Shown: positions 18,611 through 28,793, counted from the stretch's first letter. The stretch: 64,000 nucleotides of DNA from an uncultured Desulfosarcina sp. (GCA_963674945.2 CAXXWQ010000004.1:128001-192000); one strand, 5' to 3'. Notes: a model not told the origin generated them from the letters alone. Numbers and translations are program-made.

Positions 18611-20308
18611 CTAGTAACGCATCAATTCGTTGATAAAACAACCTCCACCTGAAGATCCCTTTCCAACGGCGTTTTCGCCTCCGGACCAACCGGTACCTTT
18701 TCCCGTACCGTCACCGTCGATCTCTTTCGGCAGGTCGCCTTTCACCACGGCGTTCGGATCATGGGTAACGGCAACAACGACATCGTCCGTATCGGTGGCA
18801 CCCAGACTGTCCGTGACGCGAAGCTGAAATATCATCGACGTGCCTTCCGCCAGATCGGGAATGGTAATCTCGGTGACAGGATTGTGCGGATTGCCGATTG
18901 TGACGACGGGTCCTTCCAACTGCTTCCATTGATAGGCGGCAATGGAAGCGCCGTCCGGATCGATCCCGGCACCCGCCAGCGTTCCAATACTTCCCGAAAG
19001 AGCTACCTGATCGCCTCCGGCATTTGCCGTCGGCGCGGTGTTGAGCGGCTCGATTCCGGTGATGGCCACCTGTGAGGTACGATCCCATAGATACGACCCC
19101 GTGCTGAAGGCGTTGGTGATATCGTAGTATCCATCATAGGATCCGGATTGACCGAAATTGATGTGGATCTTATCCGTCGGACCTTTCTGGTAACCATCCA
19201 CGACGGTCTCATGCCCGCCGGAATAATCCGCAAGAAAGATCGAAAGGATCACCGGTCTCGGAGGATCCGCATCCAGTTCGGATGTAAACAGCGAAAACCA
19301 TTGGTCGGAGGTATAATTGGAACGATGGTGCTCTTCCATGGAGGGGGTATACCGAAAATAGACGTCGAGAATATCATCGGCAAACGCAGCGCTGCTGGAA
19401 GCCTTGCATCCGTAAGCCATGTTTGTGGCAATCCCCATATCCGATATCAGCTGCGCCACTGCCTCGATTTCCGATGTGCCGGACCGGCTGTCCAATGCCC
19501 TCGGCATGAGATCCCACTGGTACGCATGGGAAAAATTGGCGCTCAGCGTGATCGTCGAACCGTTTGACGCCTGCCACGAATAGGAATGAGAACCGGTTCC
19601 TTTGGGCGGCCAGTTCCAATAGGCGGCAAGTTGTGCAAATGCCGTGGCGACACAGCCGGTCAATGTGTGCGCACAGCCACCATCTGCGGGAGTGAAAGAA
19701 TTATAGGGATCGAATTGTCCCCAGGAGGTCATGAGAACCGGCCCGACCGACTCCATATTTTCACCCGATACGGACTGGCTGCCGGTGAAATCGTCGGCAC
19801 CCGAAGAAAAGTCAACAGGATCCGTTTCGGAATACAATCTCCATGCCCCCGCAATCCTTTTCCTTGAATCTGTCGATGCAGCGGTTTGCAGATCGAGTTG
19901 GATTTCCCCATCATCGTTTCCGGCATCGGCGATATTCTCGAAAATCTCACGTGCGATCCATGATTCGAGGGAGCCTATGATTTCAATGCGATCCTCTTGA
20001 AAATCGGATGTCTCCGAATAAAGAAGAACCGGACTGCTGCCGAAATGACCCGCGATCAAAACATGCCCTGCCGGTGAAACCTCAAAATTGAATGCAATGC
20101 GTTTTCCACCAAAAATGATTTCATTTCCTTCGATAATTTCGGCGGCAGCGGAATTTCCCCATTTGCCGTAGTGCGATACGTGGTATCGGACAGTATTTTC
20201 TGCGACGACCCTTGCCAGCTCTTCGCTTACGACCTCACCATGGCAAGGTGCAACGAAAACAGTGACAATGATCCATCCATAAAGCCAATTTTTCCATAAA
20301 GACGACAT
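18611..20308 (-). CDS. Secreted C10 (streptopain-family) cysteine protease with propeptide, PKD/Ig-like domain and Gly-rich Cys C-terminal tail
   Basis: WGQFDPYN, TGCVATA (Cys), GGHETVVDGY (His), HINFG; PTANAGGDQ...YQWKQ PKD-like domain; ends GSSGGGCFINELMRY. ATG 20308 has an AAGGAG RBS (alternative start 20338). Confidence 0.9.
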   Translation of the reverse strand: MSSLWKNWLYGWIIVTVFVAPCHGEVVSEELARVVAENTVRYHVSHYGKWGNSAAAEIIEGNEIIFGGKRIAFNFEVSPAGHVLIAGHFGSSPVLLYSETSDFQEDRIEIIGSLESWIAREIFENIADAGNDDGEIQLDLQTAASTDSRKRIAGAWRLYSETDPVDFSSGADDFTGSQSVSGENMESVGPVLMTSWGQFDPYNSFTPADGGCAHTLTGCVATAFAQLAAYWNWPPKGTGSHSYSWQASNGSTITLSANFSHAYQWDLMPRALDSRSGTSEIEAVAQLISDMGIATNMAYGCKASSSAAFADDILDVYFRYTPSMEEHHRSNYTSDQWFSLFTSELDADPPRPVILSIFLADYSGGHETVVDGYQKGPTDKIHINFGQSGSYDGYYDITNAFSTGSYLWDRTSQVAITGIEPLNTAPTANAGGDQVALSGSIGTLAGAGIDPDGASIAAYQWKQLEGPVVTIGNPHNPVTEITIPDLAEGTSMIFQLRVTDSLGATDTDDVVVAVTHDPNAVVKGDLPKEIDGDGTGKGTGWSGGENAVGKGSSGGGCFINELMRY

Positions 20309-20345
20309 CGAGCTGATCTCCTTCCATTTTTCCTTCATGGAAAAG

Positions 20346-20372
20346 TTATCGCTCGATGTTTTTAATTCTTAA
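20346..20372 (-). promoter_or_regulatory. Putative sigma28 promoter of the C10 protease
   Basis: Minus strand TTAAGAAT-N11-AGCGATAA; spacing is correct but the boxes are degenerate. Confidence 0.45.
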
Positions 20373-20451
20373 GTAATATAGTGAAGTTGCATGAAAGCTT
20401 TTGGCGCATATCGCCGATTTCAAATTTGCCGTGCCTGAGCCATCGATTTCT

Positions 20452-20478
20452 TAAAGTTTCAAGGGAATTTACCGATCA
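20452..20478 (+). promoter_or_regulatory. Putative sigma28 promoter of the PAS-LuxR regulator
   Basis: TAAAGTTT-N11-ACCGATCA. Confidence 0.65.
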
Positions 20479-20628
20479 TCATACTATGTGGTCCCCCTCA
20501 CCGCTTCCGCTCACTTTGTGAAAAGTGCCCCGTTTCATACAAACCACATTACCTTGCGTTTGAATTGGATATCAAAATCGGAATCGAAACCGATTCCATG
20601 GGCCGCAATGCCAGAACGATTTGGCAAA

Positions 20629-21969
20629 ATGGCATCGAAAACCAGCGTATTGAAAAACAATCTGACCATGGATTTACAAAAGACCAAAAATTGGGAAGAC
20701 GAAACCAGTAAACTGATGCAAATTCTGGAGGGCAATCCCGTCCCCACGTTTGTGATCGATGCGGACTCCAAAATCACCCACTGGAATCACGCCTGTGAAA
20801 TGCTGACACGGATACCGGCTTCTGACATCGTCGGCACGGACAAGCATCAGATGGTCATTTATCCTCGCCACAGGCCGCTTATGGCCGATCTTATCGTGAG
20901 CAACGCCGATGAAAATGAACTGCGCAGGCACTATGGCAATAGTTATCGAAAGTCTCAATTGATCACGGATGGATACGAAGGCGAAGCGTTTTTCCCGAAA
21001 ATGGGCGATAATGGCAAATGGCTGTTTTTCACCGCGGCCCCGATCAAGGATTCTGCCGGAAATATAACCGGCGCCATCGAAACCATTCAGGACATCACCG
21101 AGCAACGTGAGGCAGAAAAAAACCTTCGGGCCAGTGAAGCCCGTTATCATCAGCTTTTCGATTCCGCCAATGACAGTATTTTCGTGCTCAAAGACGGCAT
21201 TTTGGTCGATTGCAACCAGAAGGCCATGGAACTGTTCAACGATTCCCGAAAAAAGATGATCGGCCGGTCTCCCATTGATTTTTCTCCGCAGACCCAGCCC
21301 AATGGACAATCATCGATGGAGGAAATAAGAAAGCGGGAAGAAAATGCCCGACAGGGGATGCTTCAAATTTTCGAGTGGCGCTTTCTCCGAAGGGATGGAT
21401 CATGGTTTGATGCCGAGATCAGTCTGACCCATTTCCTGATCAATACGTCTTCACACACGTTGGCCATTGTTCGTGATATCACCGAACGAAAAAAAATGAT
21501 CCTCGCCCTTCAGGAGCGGGAAAAGGAACTGGACGAAAAGAGCCGCTACCTGGAGAAGGTCAACCAGGCGTTGAAAGCCTCTTTGGATCATCGGGAGGTC
21601 GAAAAACGGGCCGTGGAAGAAAATATGCTGGTCAACTTGAAACGGTTTGTCTTTCCCTATATAGAGGAGATCAGCCATTGCAGGCTGGACACCGATGCCA
21701 GAGCATACCTGAACATTATCGAAACCAACTTGAACGACATGGTTTCGCGATTTTCCAAAAGCATATTCTGGAAATACCTTGATTTGACGCCCACCGAAGT
21801 CCATATCGCCGACCTGATCCGCAGCGGGAAAAACTCCAAGGACATTGCCCAGATGCTGGGGTTGTCGCCTAGCTCGGTGCAGTGGCATCGCAAAAACATC
21901 CGTGAGAAGCTCGGATTGACCAATAAGAAGGTGAACCTTCAAATCTATCTGACATCCCTTTCCGAATAG
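20629..21969 (+). CDS. PAS-PAS-LuxR HTH transcriptional regulator
   Basis: Two PAS/PAC domains (ITHWNHACEMLT...DITE; DCNQKAMELF...RDITERK) and a C-terminal LTPTE...KDIAQMLGLSPSSVQWHRKNIREKLG. Start uncertain (20608/20629/20668). Confidence 0.88.
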   Translation: MASKTSVLKNNLTMDLQKTKNWEDETSKLMQILEGNPVPTFVIDADSKITHWNHACEMLTRIPASDIVGTDKHQMVIYPRHRPLMADLIVSNADENELRRHYGNSYRKSQLITDGYEGEAFFPKMGDNGKWLFFTAAPIKDSAGNITGAIETIQDITEQREAEKNLRASEARYHQLFDSANDSIFVLKDGILVDCNQKAMELFNDSRKKMIGRSPIDFSPQTQPNGQSSMEEIRKREENARQGMLQIFEWRFLRRDGSWFDAEISLTHFLINTSSHTLAIVRDITERKKMILALQEREKELDEKSRYLEKVNQALKASLDHREVEKRAVEENMLVNLKRFVFPYIEEISHCRLDTDARAYLNIIETNLNDMVSRFSKSIFWKYLDLTPTEVHIADLIRSGKNSKDIAQMLGLSPSSVQWHRKNIREKLGLTNKKVNLQIYLTSLSE

Positions 21970-22125
21970 ACAGCTCCGATTGTCGATGGACAAACAGGTG
22001 ACCGGTCGAGATGCAGGACGATTTGCAGCGTTTGTACGCGAGGCGGCGGCAACAGGGACATGGGATTCGTAAGGTGCCATGAAATGACTTCAGCTATGCA
22101 GTATGGCGGCAACGATCAGTACACA

Positions 22126-23013
22126 TTATCCGATAAAATTCACCAGGGTCGGTTGGATAACCTGCGCTGCCGTTGCCAAGAGCACCTCATATGCGGTCTG
22201 CTGAACTTGCATTTCTATTGCCGTTTCGGTGATATCGGCATCTTCAACATTCTGACGCATGGTTTCCACCGAATTACTGAAATTTTTCCAGTACTCTTCG
22301 GTTCTCTCCAATCTCTGATAATCGGAGGCATGATTGGCCCTGGCAAGCTCGATCTGTTGGGAGATGCGATCTAACGGTTCCAGGGCACTTTGGACGGCAT
22401 TCCGATCGAAGGGCTCTGTTGCAATGGCCGTTTCGAGATTGTCGAGAACCTGAAAGAGACTTATTTCTCCCGGTCCTCCGTAATCATCCACGAAAATGGA
22501 ACCATCCGCTTCGATCTTCACGGTGACGTCCGCACCGACCATGACCCGATGCGAACCGGCGTCACCTTGATACGTGTAAGGAGAAGTCTGGGTAAAAGGC
22601 TCGGTATCGCTCATATGGCCCGAAAAGATATAGCTTTCATCGTATTTGCTTTTTGACAAATTCAACACCTGATCTCGGATATTCCCAATCTCCTGGGCCA
22701 AAGCAGCCTTATCCTCCGTGTCCGGGTTTGCGGCAATGTCTCTGGCATCGTCGATGTAACTGTCCATCTGATCCAAGATGGATTCCGTGTATTCGATTCG
22801 TGTCTGGGCATCTACGATGTTTTCGCGATACTGTTCGATGGTCTGCAGCGTGGTCCGATAATCCAAAGCCTGGCCGACCCCGATGGGATCGTCGGACGGC
22901 TTGTTGATGCGCTTTCCGGTGGCAAGTTTTAATTGCGTCTCGATCAGCTGACTGCTCTGTCTGGCAAGGTTGGCCTTGATATGTTCGGCCATGATTCGGT
23001 TGCTGATTCTCAT
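22126..23013 (-). CDS. flgL: Flagellar hook-associated protein 3
   Basis: MRIS...LATGKRINKPSDDP, YIFSG, C-terminal TLVNFI; follows flgK. Confidence 0.95.
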   Translation of the reverse strand: MRISNRIMAEHIKANLARQSSQLIETQLKLATGKRINKPSDDPIGVGQALDYRTTLQTIEQYRENIVDAQTRIEYTESILDQMDSYIDDARDIAANPDTEDKAALAQEIGNIRDQVLNLSKSKYDESYIFSGHMSDTEPFTQTSPYTYQGDAGSHRVMVGADVTVKIEADGSIFVDDYGGPGEISLFQVLDNLETAIATEPFDRNAVQSALEPLDRISQQIELARANHASDYQRLERTEEYWKNFSNSVETMRQNVEDADITETAIEMQVQQTAYEVLLATAAQVIQPTLVNFIG

Positions 23014-23040
23014 CCTACTCTCCTAAGAAAACGTTTGCCC

Positions 23041-24435
23041 TTATACCAGGTTCAAAAGCGTCTCGAGCATTTCATCCACGGCGGTCACGATTTTGGAGGC
23101 AGCACTGTATGCACTCTGAAACTGGACCATGTTCACCATTTCCTCGTCCATGGAAACGCCGGAAATCTCCTCCCGGTATGTGTCCAACTGCAAAGAGACC
23201 GTTGACTGATGCTCCGCATTCACAATTGCCTGGGATACGTATCTTCCGACATCGCTCACCAAACCATTGTAAAAATCGTCCATGGTCGCGCTGCTTCCGC
23301 TCATCAGCAGTCGATTCTGGATGTCGGCAATTTCGATGGCGTTTCCGTTGCCCCCGGGTACGCTTTCGGTATTCAAAGCCGCCGCGATCAAATTGACATC
23401 TGCCGCAATCGAGCTGTTTACCCTGATATCCGAAGCACCCGCAGAAATCGTAAAGAATTGTGTTCCCGCATCGCCATTGAGATCCAGACCCAAAACGTGC
23501 TGATCATTGACGGCATCGGCCATGGCCACGGCCAACTCATCCAAATCGCTTTCATAGCCAGGTATAATCTCGTCCCGGGCTTCAATCCAGCCTTTCAATT
23601 TACCGGTGGAGATATCGTCGGTGATGTTCGTTAACGCGCCGGTACCACTTTCCCAGAACACATCCTGGAATCCTTCGGTGTTGGTATCGGTGACCAAATT
23701 CCACGATTGTTCCTGCTCCACCAGGTTGTGACCGCCTGCCGTCGAAACGATCAGATACCCGTCTTCATCCTCGAAACTACTGACATCGATCAGGTTTGCC
23801 AGTTCCTTGTACTTTAGATCCCGCTCATCCCGAAATTCGTTTGCCACGTGGTCGCTGCCGTTTTCCATTTCGACAATCTTCATATTCAACTCGGCGATTT
23901 CCCGGGTCAATGTGTTGATATCGTCCACCGCGCCGGTAATGGAAAGATTGCTGTCCTCCCTGACCTGATTCAGATCCCTGGCCAGCTGATTGAATACCAG
24001 GGTCATGTTCTCGGCGTTGGCCAAAAGTGTGGCCCGCTCCGTATATCCAGAAGGATTGTTGACAACTTCCTGCCAGGAATTCCAGAATTCCGCCATGGCA
24101 CTGTTCAGACCGTACCCGGAGACATCGTCGAACATCAGTTCCGCCTTCTCCAACGTCTCCTGCTGCGCCTCCCACCGCCCCTGCTGTGCCGCCGATTCGG
24201 CCATCTGGGCACCCAAAAATTTGTCGTATATACGCTGAATGGAGGTAGCCTGAACACCGGTACTCATGGTACCGCCGTTGTAGTCCACGTAGCCACTTTG
24301 ATCGAGCACCAGCCGCTGTCGGGAGTACCCCTCCGTATCGGCATTGGCGATGTTGTTGGCGGTGATATTCAACGCTTTCTGCTGGGTTGCCAGGGCGGAT
24401 TTGGCAATGTTCATCATGCCTGAAATCGATGACAT
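23041..24435 (-). CDS. flgK: Flagellar hook-associated protein 1
   Basis: NNIANADTEGYSRQR and SGVSMDEEMVNMVQFQSAYSAASK. Confidence 0.96.
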   Translation of the reverse strand: MSSISGMMNIAKSALATQQKALNITANNIANADTEGYSRQRLVLDQSGYVDYNGGTMSTGVQATSIQRIYDKFLGAQMAESAAQQGRWEAQQETLEKAELMFDDVSGYGLNSAMAEFWNSWQEVVNNPSGYTERATLLANAENMTLVFNQLARDLNQVREDSNLSITGAVDDINTLTREIAELNMKIVEMENGSDHVANEFRDERDLKYKELANLIDVSSFEDEDGYLIVSTAGGHNLVEQEQSWNLVTDTNTEGFQDVFWESGTGALTNITDDISTGKLKGWIEARDEIIPGYESDLDELAVAMADAVNDQHVLGLDLNGDAGTQFFTISAGASDIRVNSSIAADVNLIAAALNTESVPGGNGNAIEIADIQNRLLMSGSSATMDDFYNGLVSDVGRYVSQAIVNAEHQSTVSLQLDTYREEISGVSMDEEMVNMVQFQSAYSAASKIVTAVDEMLETLLNLV

Positions 24436-24556
24436 AACGCCTACCCTTTACGTTTTGGACGGTTTTTGGTACAAGTTGGTTTCAACGTATTCACCTCATC
24501 CCAATAATGCTGTGGGAAGAACGCATCTTTATTTTCGAAGACCCGCCGACGGCGTT

Positions 24557-25069
24557 TCAAATGGAACCACGTAACACCCTCCCCCCACCACTGCGGTAAC
24601 CGGTAGAGGGCCTGGGCACACCATTGTTATGATAGACAGCGCGATCTTCCGTAATGTGTGTCAGGATTTTAATGGCCCCTTTGACCAGGTCCAGCTGATG
24701 ATGGATCAGTTTTTGATTTCGGTTGTTCTTTTCCCGAACCCGGACGAGCGTCGCTCGCAGACGGTCGGCGCATTGGGTCAATTGTTCCCCGGATGAAGGT
24801 TCGAAGCGTTTGGCCAGCTGACGTACCGTCGACGTTTGATTCGTCAGTCCGTATGTCATCGACAACTCTTCCACAAGTGGCTTTCTCGTTTCTTCCAATC
24901 GATGGAGTCTGAACACAAGTTCATCTTTTCTCTCCTGCACTTGATCGAACTGTTCTTTTTTCGAAAAAAAGATCGAGTCCCCCTCGTCGCTGAGTACCTG
25001 TTCCATTTCGAGATAAGCCGCCGTCTCTTCATCTAACGTGGCAAATAGCTTCTTGATTTTAGGATCCAT
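24557..25069 (-). CDS. flgN: Flagellar export chaperone FlgN
   Basis: Helical protein with a KNNRNQKLI motif, between flgM and flgK. Confidence 0.8.
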   Translation of the reverse strand: MDPKIKKLFATLDEETAAYLEMEQVLSDEGDSIFFSKKEQFDQVQERKDELVFRLHRLEETRKPLVEELSMTYGLTNQTSTVRQLAKRFEPSSGEQLTQCADRLRATLVRVREKNNRNQKLIHHQLDLVKGAIKILTHITEDRAVYHNNGVPRPSTGYRSGGGRVLRGSI

Positions 25070-25093
25070 GTGGTATTGTCCTTGCCGATGCGA

Positions 25094-25426
25094 TTATCCG
25101 TCTGGGTTTACGCTTTCCATTGCCCTGTTGTTTTCCATTGTCTCGGCCATCAGATTCGATGCGATCCAATCTTTTTGTATACGATAGGTCCCCTGTTCGA
25201 TCTGCTGTTTTAAGGCACTGATACGATCTTCACGGACGTCCGGCATCTGACGGGATCGTTCGATTGCACTTTTCAGGCTCCGACCATGATTCGTCAGGTG
25301 AACGGCATCCGCCTGGGCCGAATGATCTTTCGACGCAATCGTTTCTCGTTTCGGTTTCGATACCAATGGCGACGATCGGGCATTGTCGACAAATGGTGGA
25401 ATTGAAAGTTTTTCGGAAAAGTCCAT
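25094..25426 (-). CDS. flgM: Anti-sigma28 factor
   Basis: DAVHLT...PDVREDRISALKQQIEQGTYRI...IA. ATG 25426 follows an AGGAG RBS. Confidence 0.9.
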   Translation of the reverse strand: MDFSEKLSIPPFVDNARSSPLVSKPKRETIASKDHSAQADAVHLTNHGRSLKSAIERSRQMPDVREDRISALKQQIEQGTYRIQKDWIASNLMAETMENNRAMESVNPDG

Positions 25427-25491
25427 TTCGGTCTCCTGATCCCCATTGTGGGGTATTCCCACGGTTGCCAAATCTGAATCGGCTGCATTTA

Positions 25492-25519
25492 ATATCGGCA
25501 CTTGCCGACGTTGGCTTTA
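25492..25519 (-). promoter_or_regulatory. Sigma28 promoter of flgM-flgN-flgK-flgL
   Basis: Minus strand TAAA-N16-GCCGATAT upstream of flgM. Confidence 0.7.
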
Positions 25520-25561
25520 GGATACCGATGGACCGAAACCACCTTTGTCCACTTGACGTTG

Positions 25562-25900
25562 TTATTGGCTCTCCCGTAACTGATCGAAAAGCAAACGAGA
25601 GATGCCGATCCCCCCGGTTTCCGACATTTCTACGGCTGTCTTTTCATCCATCATTCCGGTAAACACCTTTTGGGCCATGGAGGGTGGGAACAGCACGGAA
25701 TCCGGAACTGTTTTTCGCATCTCCCGAATCATCATATGAAGAAAAAGAGATTCGAATTGCCGGCATGCATCCTCCAGCTTTTCGTCGGAACGATTGTCGC
25801 CGGAAAGTTTTCGGTCGATATTTTCAACTGCACGTTCCTGGCCGGTCTGTCGCAAGGCAAAGAGACCGGAATCCATTTGCATTTGGCTTATGTCGGCCAT
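25562..25900 (-). CDS. flgJ: Single-domain FlgJ (rod-binding, no muramidase)
   Basis: KLEDACRQFESLFLHMMIREMRKT...GIGISRLLFDQL. Confidence 0.9.
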   Translation of the reverse strand: MADISQMQMDSGLFALRQTGQERAVENIDRKLSGDNRSDEKLEDACRQFESLFLHMMIREMRKTVPDSVLFPPSMAQKVFTGMMDEKTAVEMSETGGIGISRLLFDQLRESQ

Positions 25901-27006
25901 CAGATCACCTCCAGGTCCGCCTGCAAGGCGCCGGCCGCCTTGATGGCCTGAAAAATGGCAATCAAGTCCCGGGGCGTGACACCCAGCGCATTTAAGGCCT
26001 TGACCACCTGTCCGATACTCACTCCCTTTGGCACCACCATCAGCTGATTGGCGTCTTCCTGCACATCGAGTCGTGTATTTGGCGACACCACGGTTTGGCC
26101 TCTTGATAACGGCAACGGCTGAGAGACATCTGCCTCCTCCTTGACCACGATACTTAAATTGCCATGTGCGATGGCGATGGTGGAAATTCGTACCTGCTCT
26201 CCCATGACCACGGTTCCGGTTCTCTCGTTGATGACGACCTTTGCATCGTTATCCGGCTCCACTTCCAGCGTGCTTAAAGATGCCAACAAGGGAACCGTAT
26301 TTCCCAGGTATTGATCGGGGATCCGGATCTCGATGGTGCCGGCATCTTCGGCACGGGCAATGGGCTGTGCAAATTGCGCATTAATGGTCTCCACCACCCG
26401 CGCGGCCGTGTTGAAATCCGGATTGTGGAGGCTGAACATAAGGTTTTCTTGATCATTGAAGGCATTGGGAACTTCTCTTTCGATAATGGCACCGGAAAGG
26501 ACGCGACCGACAGTGGGGAAATTTTTCACAACGGATGACGCCGCTCCCCCGACTGCGAATCCACCCGTATTCACAGGTCCCTGGGCTATCGCGTAAATTT
26601 TTCCATCGACACCCTTCAGCGGCGTCAACATGAGTGTTCCACCCTGAAGATTCTTGGCATCCCCGATGGAACTGACCAATACGTCGAGTCGATTTCCCCT
26701 TCTGGAAAACGGCGGCAGCGTTGTGGTTACCATGACGGCCGCAACATTTTTTACCTGAATATCCTTCTGATCGATGGTGACGCCCATTTTTTCCAACATG
26801 GACGCCATGGACTGCAGGGTGAATGCAGCCTTCTTTCCATCCCCCGTCCCATCCAGCCCAACCACGAGGCCGTATCCGACCAATTGGTTCTTCCGGACGC
26901 CGTTGATTTCAGCAATATCCTTGAGACGGACGGCGAGCGCCGTATTGCTCCATACCATGGCGATTACGGTCAGGAGCATGATAATTCGGATACGTGTCGT
27001 TCTCAT
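25900..27006 (-). CDS. flgI: Flagellar P-ring protein
   Basis: RLKDIA...NQLVGYGLVVGLDGTGD and IKAAGALQADL. Confidence 0.97.
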   Translation of the reverse strand: MRTTRIRIIMLLTVIAMVWSNTALAVRLKDIAEINGVRKNQLVGYGLVVGLDGTGDGKKAAFTLQSMASMLEKMGVTIDQKDIQVKNVAAVMVTTTLPPFSRRGNRLDVLVSSIGDAKNLQGGTLMLTPLKGVDGKIYAIAQGPVNTGGFAVGGAASSVVKNFPTVGRVLSGAIIEREVPNAFNDQENLMFSLHNPDFNTAARVVETINAQFAQPIARAEDAGTIEIRIPDQYLGNTVPLLASLSTLEVEPDNDAKVVINERTGTVVMGEQVRISTIAIAHGNLSIVVKEEADVSQPLPLSRGQTVVSPNTRLDVQEDANQLMVVPKGVSIGQVVKALNALGVTPRDLIAIFQAIKAAGALQADLEVI

Positions 27007-27022
27007 GATGCAATCTTTCTAT

Positions 27023-27775
27023 TTAAAATGGCCACACTTTCAGCACCAACCCGGTAAGCCATCCCGGTTTTTGCCTGTCGTTGATCACCCCTGTGCCGCT
27101 GTAGGAAATTTTTGCATCGGCCACATAGGTAGACAATACCTGATTGGCGGCATCGATGTCCCTGGGACGTACGACACCGGTCAACTCGATGATCTGATTT
27201 TCGTTGTTGATCAAGACTTCCCGGGAACCGGTGACCACAAGGTTGCCGTTGGGCAATACCTGGGTGACCTTTGCGGTAATGTAGGCATTCAGATCGCCGC
27301 TTCTCTGTGTTGCACCGTTGCCTTGGAATTCACTTTCGAGACCGCCTGCCACTTTGGAAAAGGGGTTGAAAAACGGTTGATCGGATGGGAACCGCTTCTC
27401 GGCGTTAAAGAAAGCGTCCACACTGGCACTGAGCGAAGAGGTCCGATCCGTTGCCGTACTTGCCGAGTTGGAAGCCGTGGACGATTCGGTAATTTTTATT
27501 GTAACGATGTCTCCCACGGTGCGTGCCTTCTGGTCCTCGAACATGGAAATCAATGGTGCATTCTCCCGCCACAGGGAACCATCTGCATTTTCCACAGCTG
27601 CCGTCTCTTGCAGCACTACCGTCTGTGGCAAAGGCATCGTTTCCGGACCAGTGGTCAGATCTGCCCTCCCCGTTTCCGATTGTGCTGCACAGCCGACCAT
27701 ACTGACGATCAGAATCGTGAATACGACAATCGGCCCAAAACGATTGTAAACAAAGGATTTGTTTTTCGTTTGCAT
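27023..27775 (-). CDS. flgH: Flagellar L-ring lipoprotein
   Basis: Lipobox MVGC, DQKARTVGDIVT, VLPNGNL, C-terminal WPF. ATG 27775. Confidence 0.95.
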   Translation of the reverse strand: MQTKNKSFVYNRFGPIVVFTILIVSMVGCAAQSETGRADLTTGPETMPLPQTVVLQETAAVENADGSLWRENAPLISMFEDQKARTVGDIVTIKITESSTASNSASTATDRTSSLSASVDAFFNAEKRFPSDQPFFNPFSKVAGGLESEFQGNGATQRSGDLNAYITAKVTQVLPNGNLVVTGSREVLINNENQIIELTGVVRPRDIDAANQVLSTYVADAKISYSGTGVINDRQKPGWLTGLVLKVWPF

Positions 27776-27785
27776 TCTTTTCTCC

Positions 27786-28793
27786 CTAAAACTCGACGAG
27801 CACCGCATTGGAACCGGTGACGCGGGCCGTTACCATGCGATTGGAATCCATGTTGACCACGCGAACCAGATCTCCTCTCCGGCCTTGATTTTTCACCATA
27901 CCGGTTGCGGTGATGGTCATAGGCCCGCTGCTGGCGACAATCTTCACGATGTCTCCCCTTTTGACCAGAGGCGGCGTGACGATCATGCTCGATTGCAAAA
28001 TGGTATTGGGGTAGATCATGCGCGTGGTTCTATGGCCCAAGGCCTCTTCCATACTCCGGATGGTATCCTTTGGTAATTTTGCCAGATCCCGACGTTCCAC
28101 GGAAAGGTCGGCAAGTTCCACATGCTGGTGTTTCCCCAAGGGACGGACGACGGTTACCACATCGGTTTCAACGCAAATGGTGGCATTCACCCACAATTTC
28201 CGCACCGGTTTTCCGTCCACGTACAGGTGCAGCGCCAGAAGCGTTCGACCCAGAAAGTCTTCTTTGCCGTTGGTCTCGACACGATAGGACAATCTGCCCG
28301 CCGGCAGATCGACGGTATCATCGAAGGAAATATTGGTTATGATGACATTTTCGTCTTTCCACGGCATCCGACTGCGAATTGTCCTTTCCACTTCCCGACG
28401 GAGTTGTCCGATGGGCAGGACTACGGCACGACGGGTAATGCGGATGTCCGTTGCACCGCGAAATTCGATGATATCGGGATCGATACCCGCATTCTTCAGG
28501 CGGATCCGGATATAATCGACGCCTAAAAATCTCGTTTGGCCGGCACGAGGGGAAGTCGCCACAACGATCTTCTCCAGATCGGTTACGTTCATCCCCGAAC
28601 CACCGGTGAGCGTCGCCACGTCAGACATGAAGACCGAATCGGTATCGACAACCACAGCGGCTTTTACCGTGGCGCGAACCGAAGGCGCGCCAAAGCAGGT
28701 TGAAACCATTGCCATGGAAAGGAAGATTCCAGCCAGGCAGCGGTGCAAACCAAGCCATACGTTAATCCGGGTTTGTGGGGCTTGTCGTTTCAT
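27786..28793 (-). CDS. flgA: P-ring assembly chaperone
   Basis: Signal peptide, SAF domain, LVKRGDIV...G...VRVVNMDS. Confidence 0.92.
   Translation of the reverse strand: MKRQAPQTRINVWLGLHRCLAGIFLSMAMVSTCFGAPSVRATVKAAVVVDTDSVFMSDVATLTGGSGMNVTDLEKIVVATSPRAGQTRFLGVDYIRIRLKNAGIDPDIIEFRGATDIRITRRAVVLPIGQLRREVERTIRSRMPWKDENVIITNISFDDTVDLPAGRLSYRVETNGKEDFLGRTLLALHLYVDGKPVRKLWVNATICVETDVVTVVRPLGKHQHVELADLSVERRDLAKLPKDTIRSMEEALGHRTTRMIYPNTILQSSMIVTPPLVKRGDIVKIVASSGPMTITATGMVKNQGRRGDLVRVVNMDSNRMVTARVTGSNAVLVEF

Noticed and set aside
25562..25900. Short flgJ as a pseudogene
   Set aside because: Single-domain FlgJ lacking the muramidase is a normal form outside beta/gamma-proteobacteria, and the ORF is intact.
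26774..27820. 348-aa plus-strand ORF
   Set aside because: Lies antisense to flgI/flgH; no family features.
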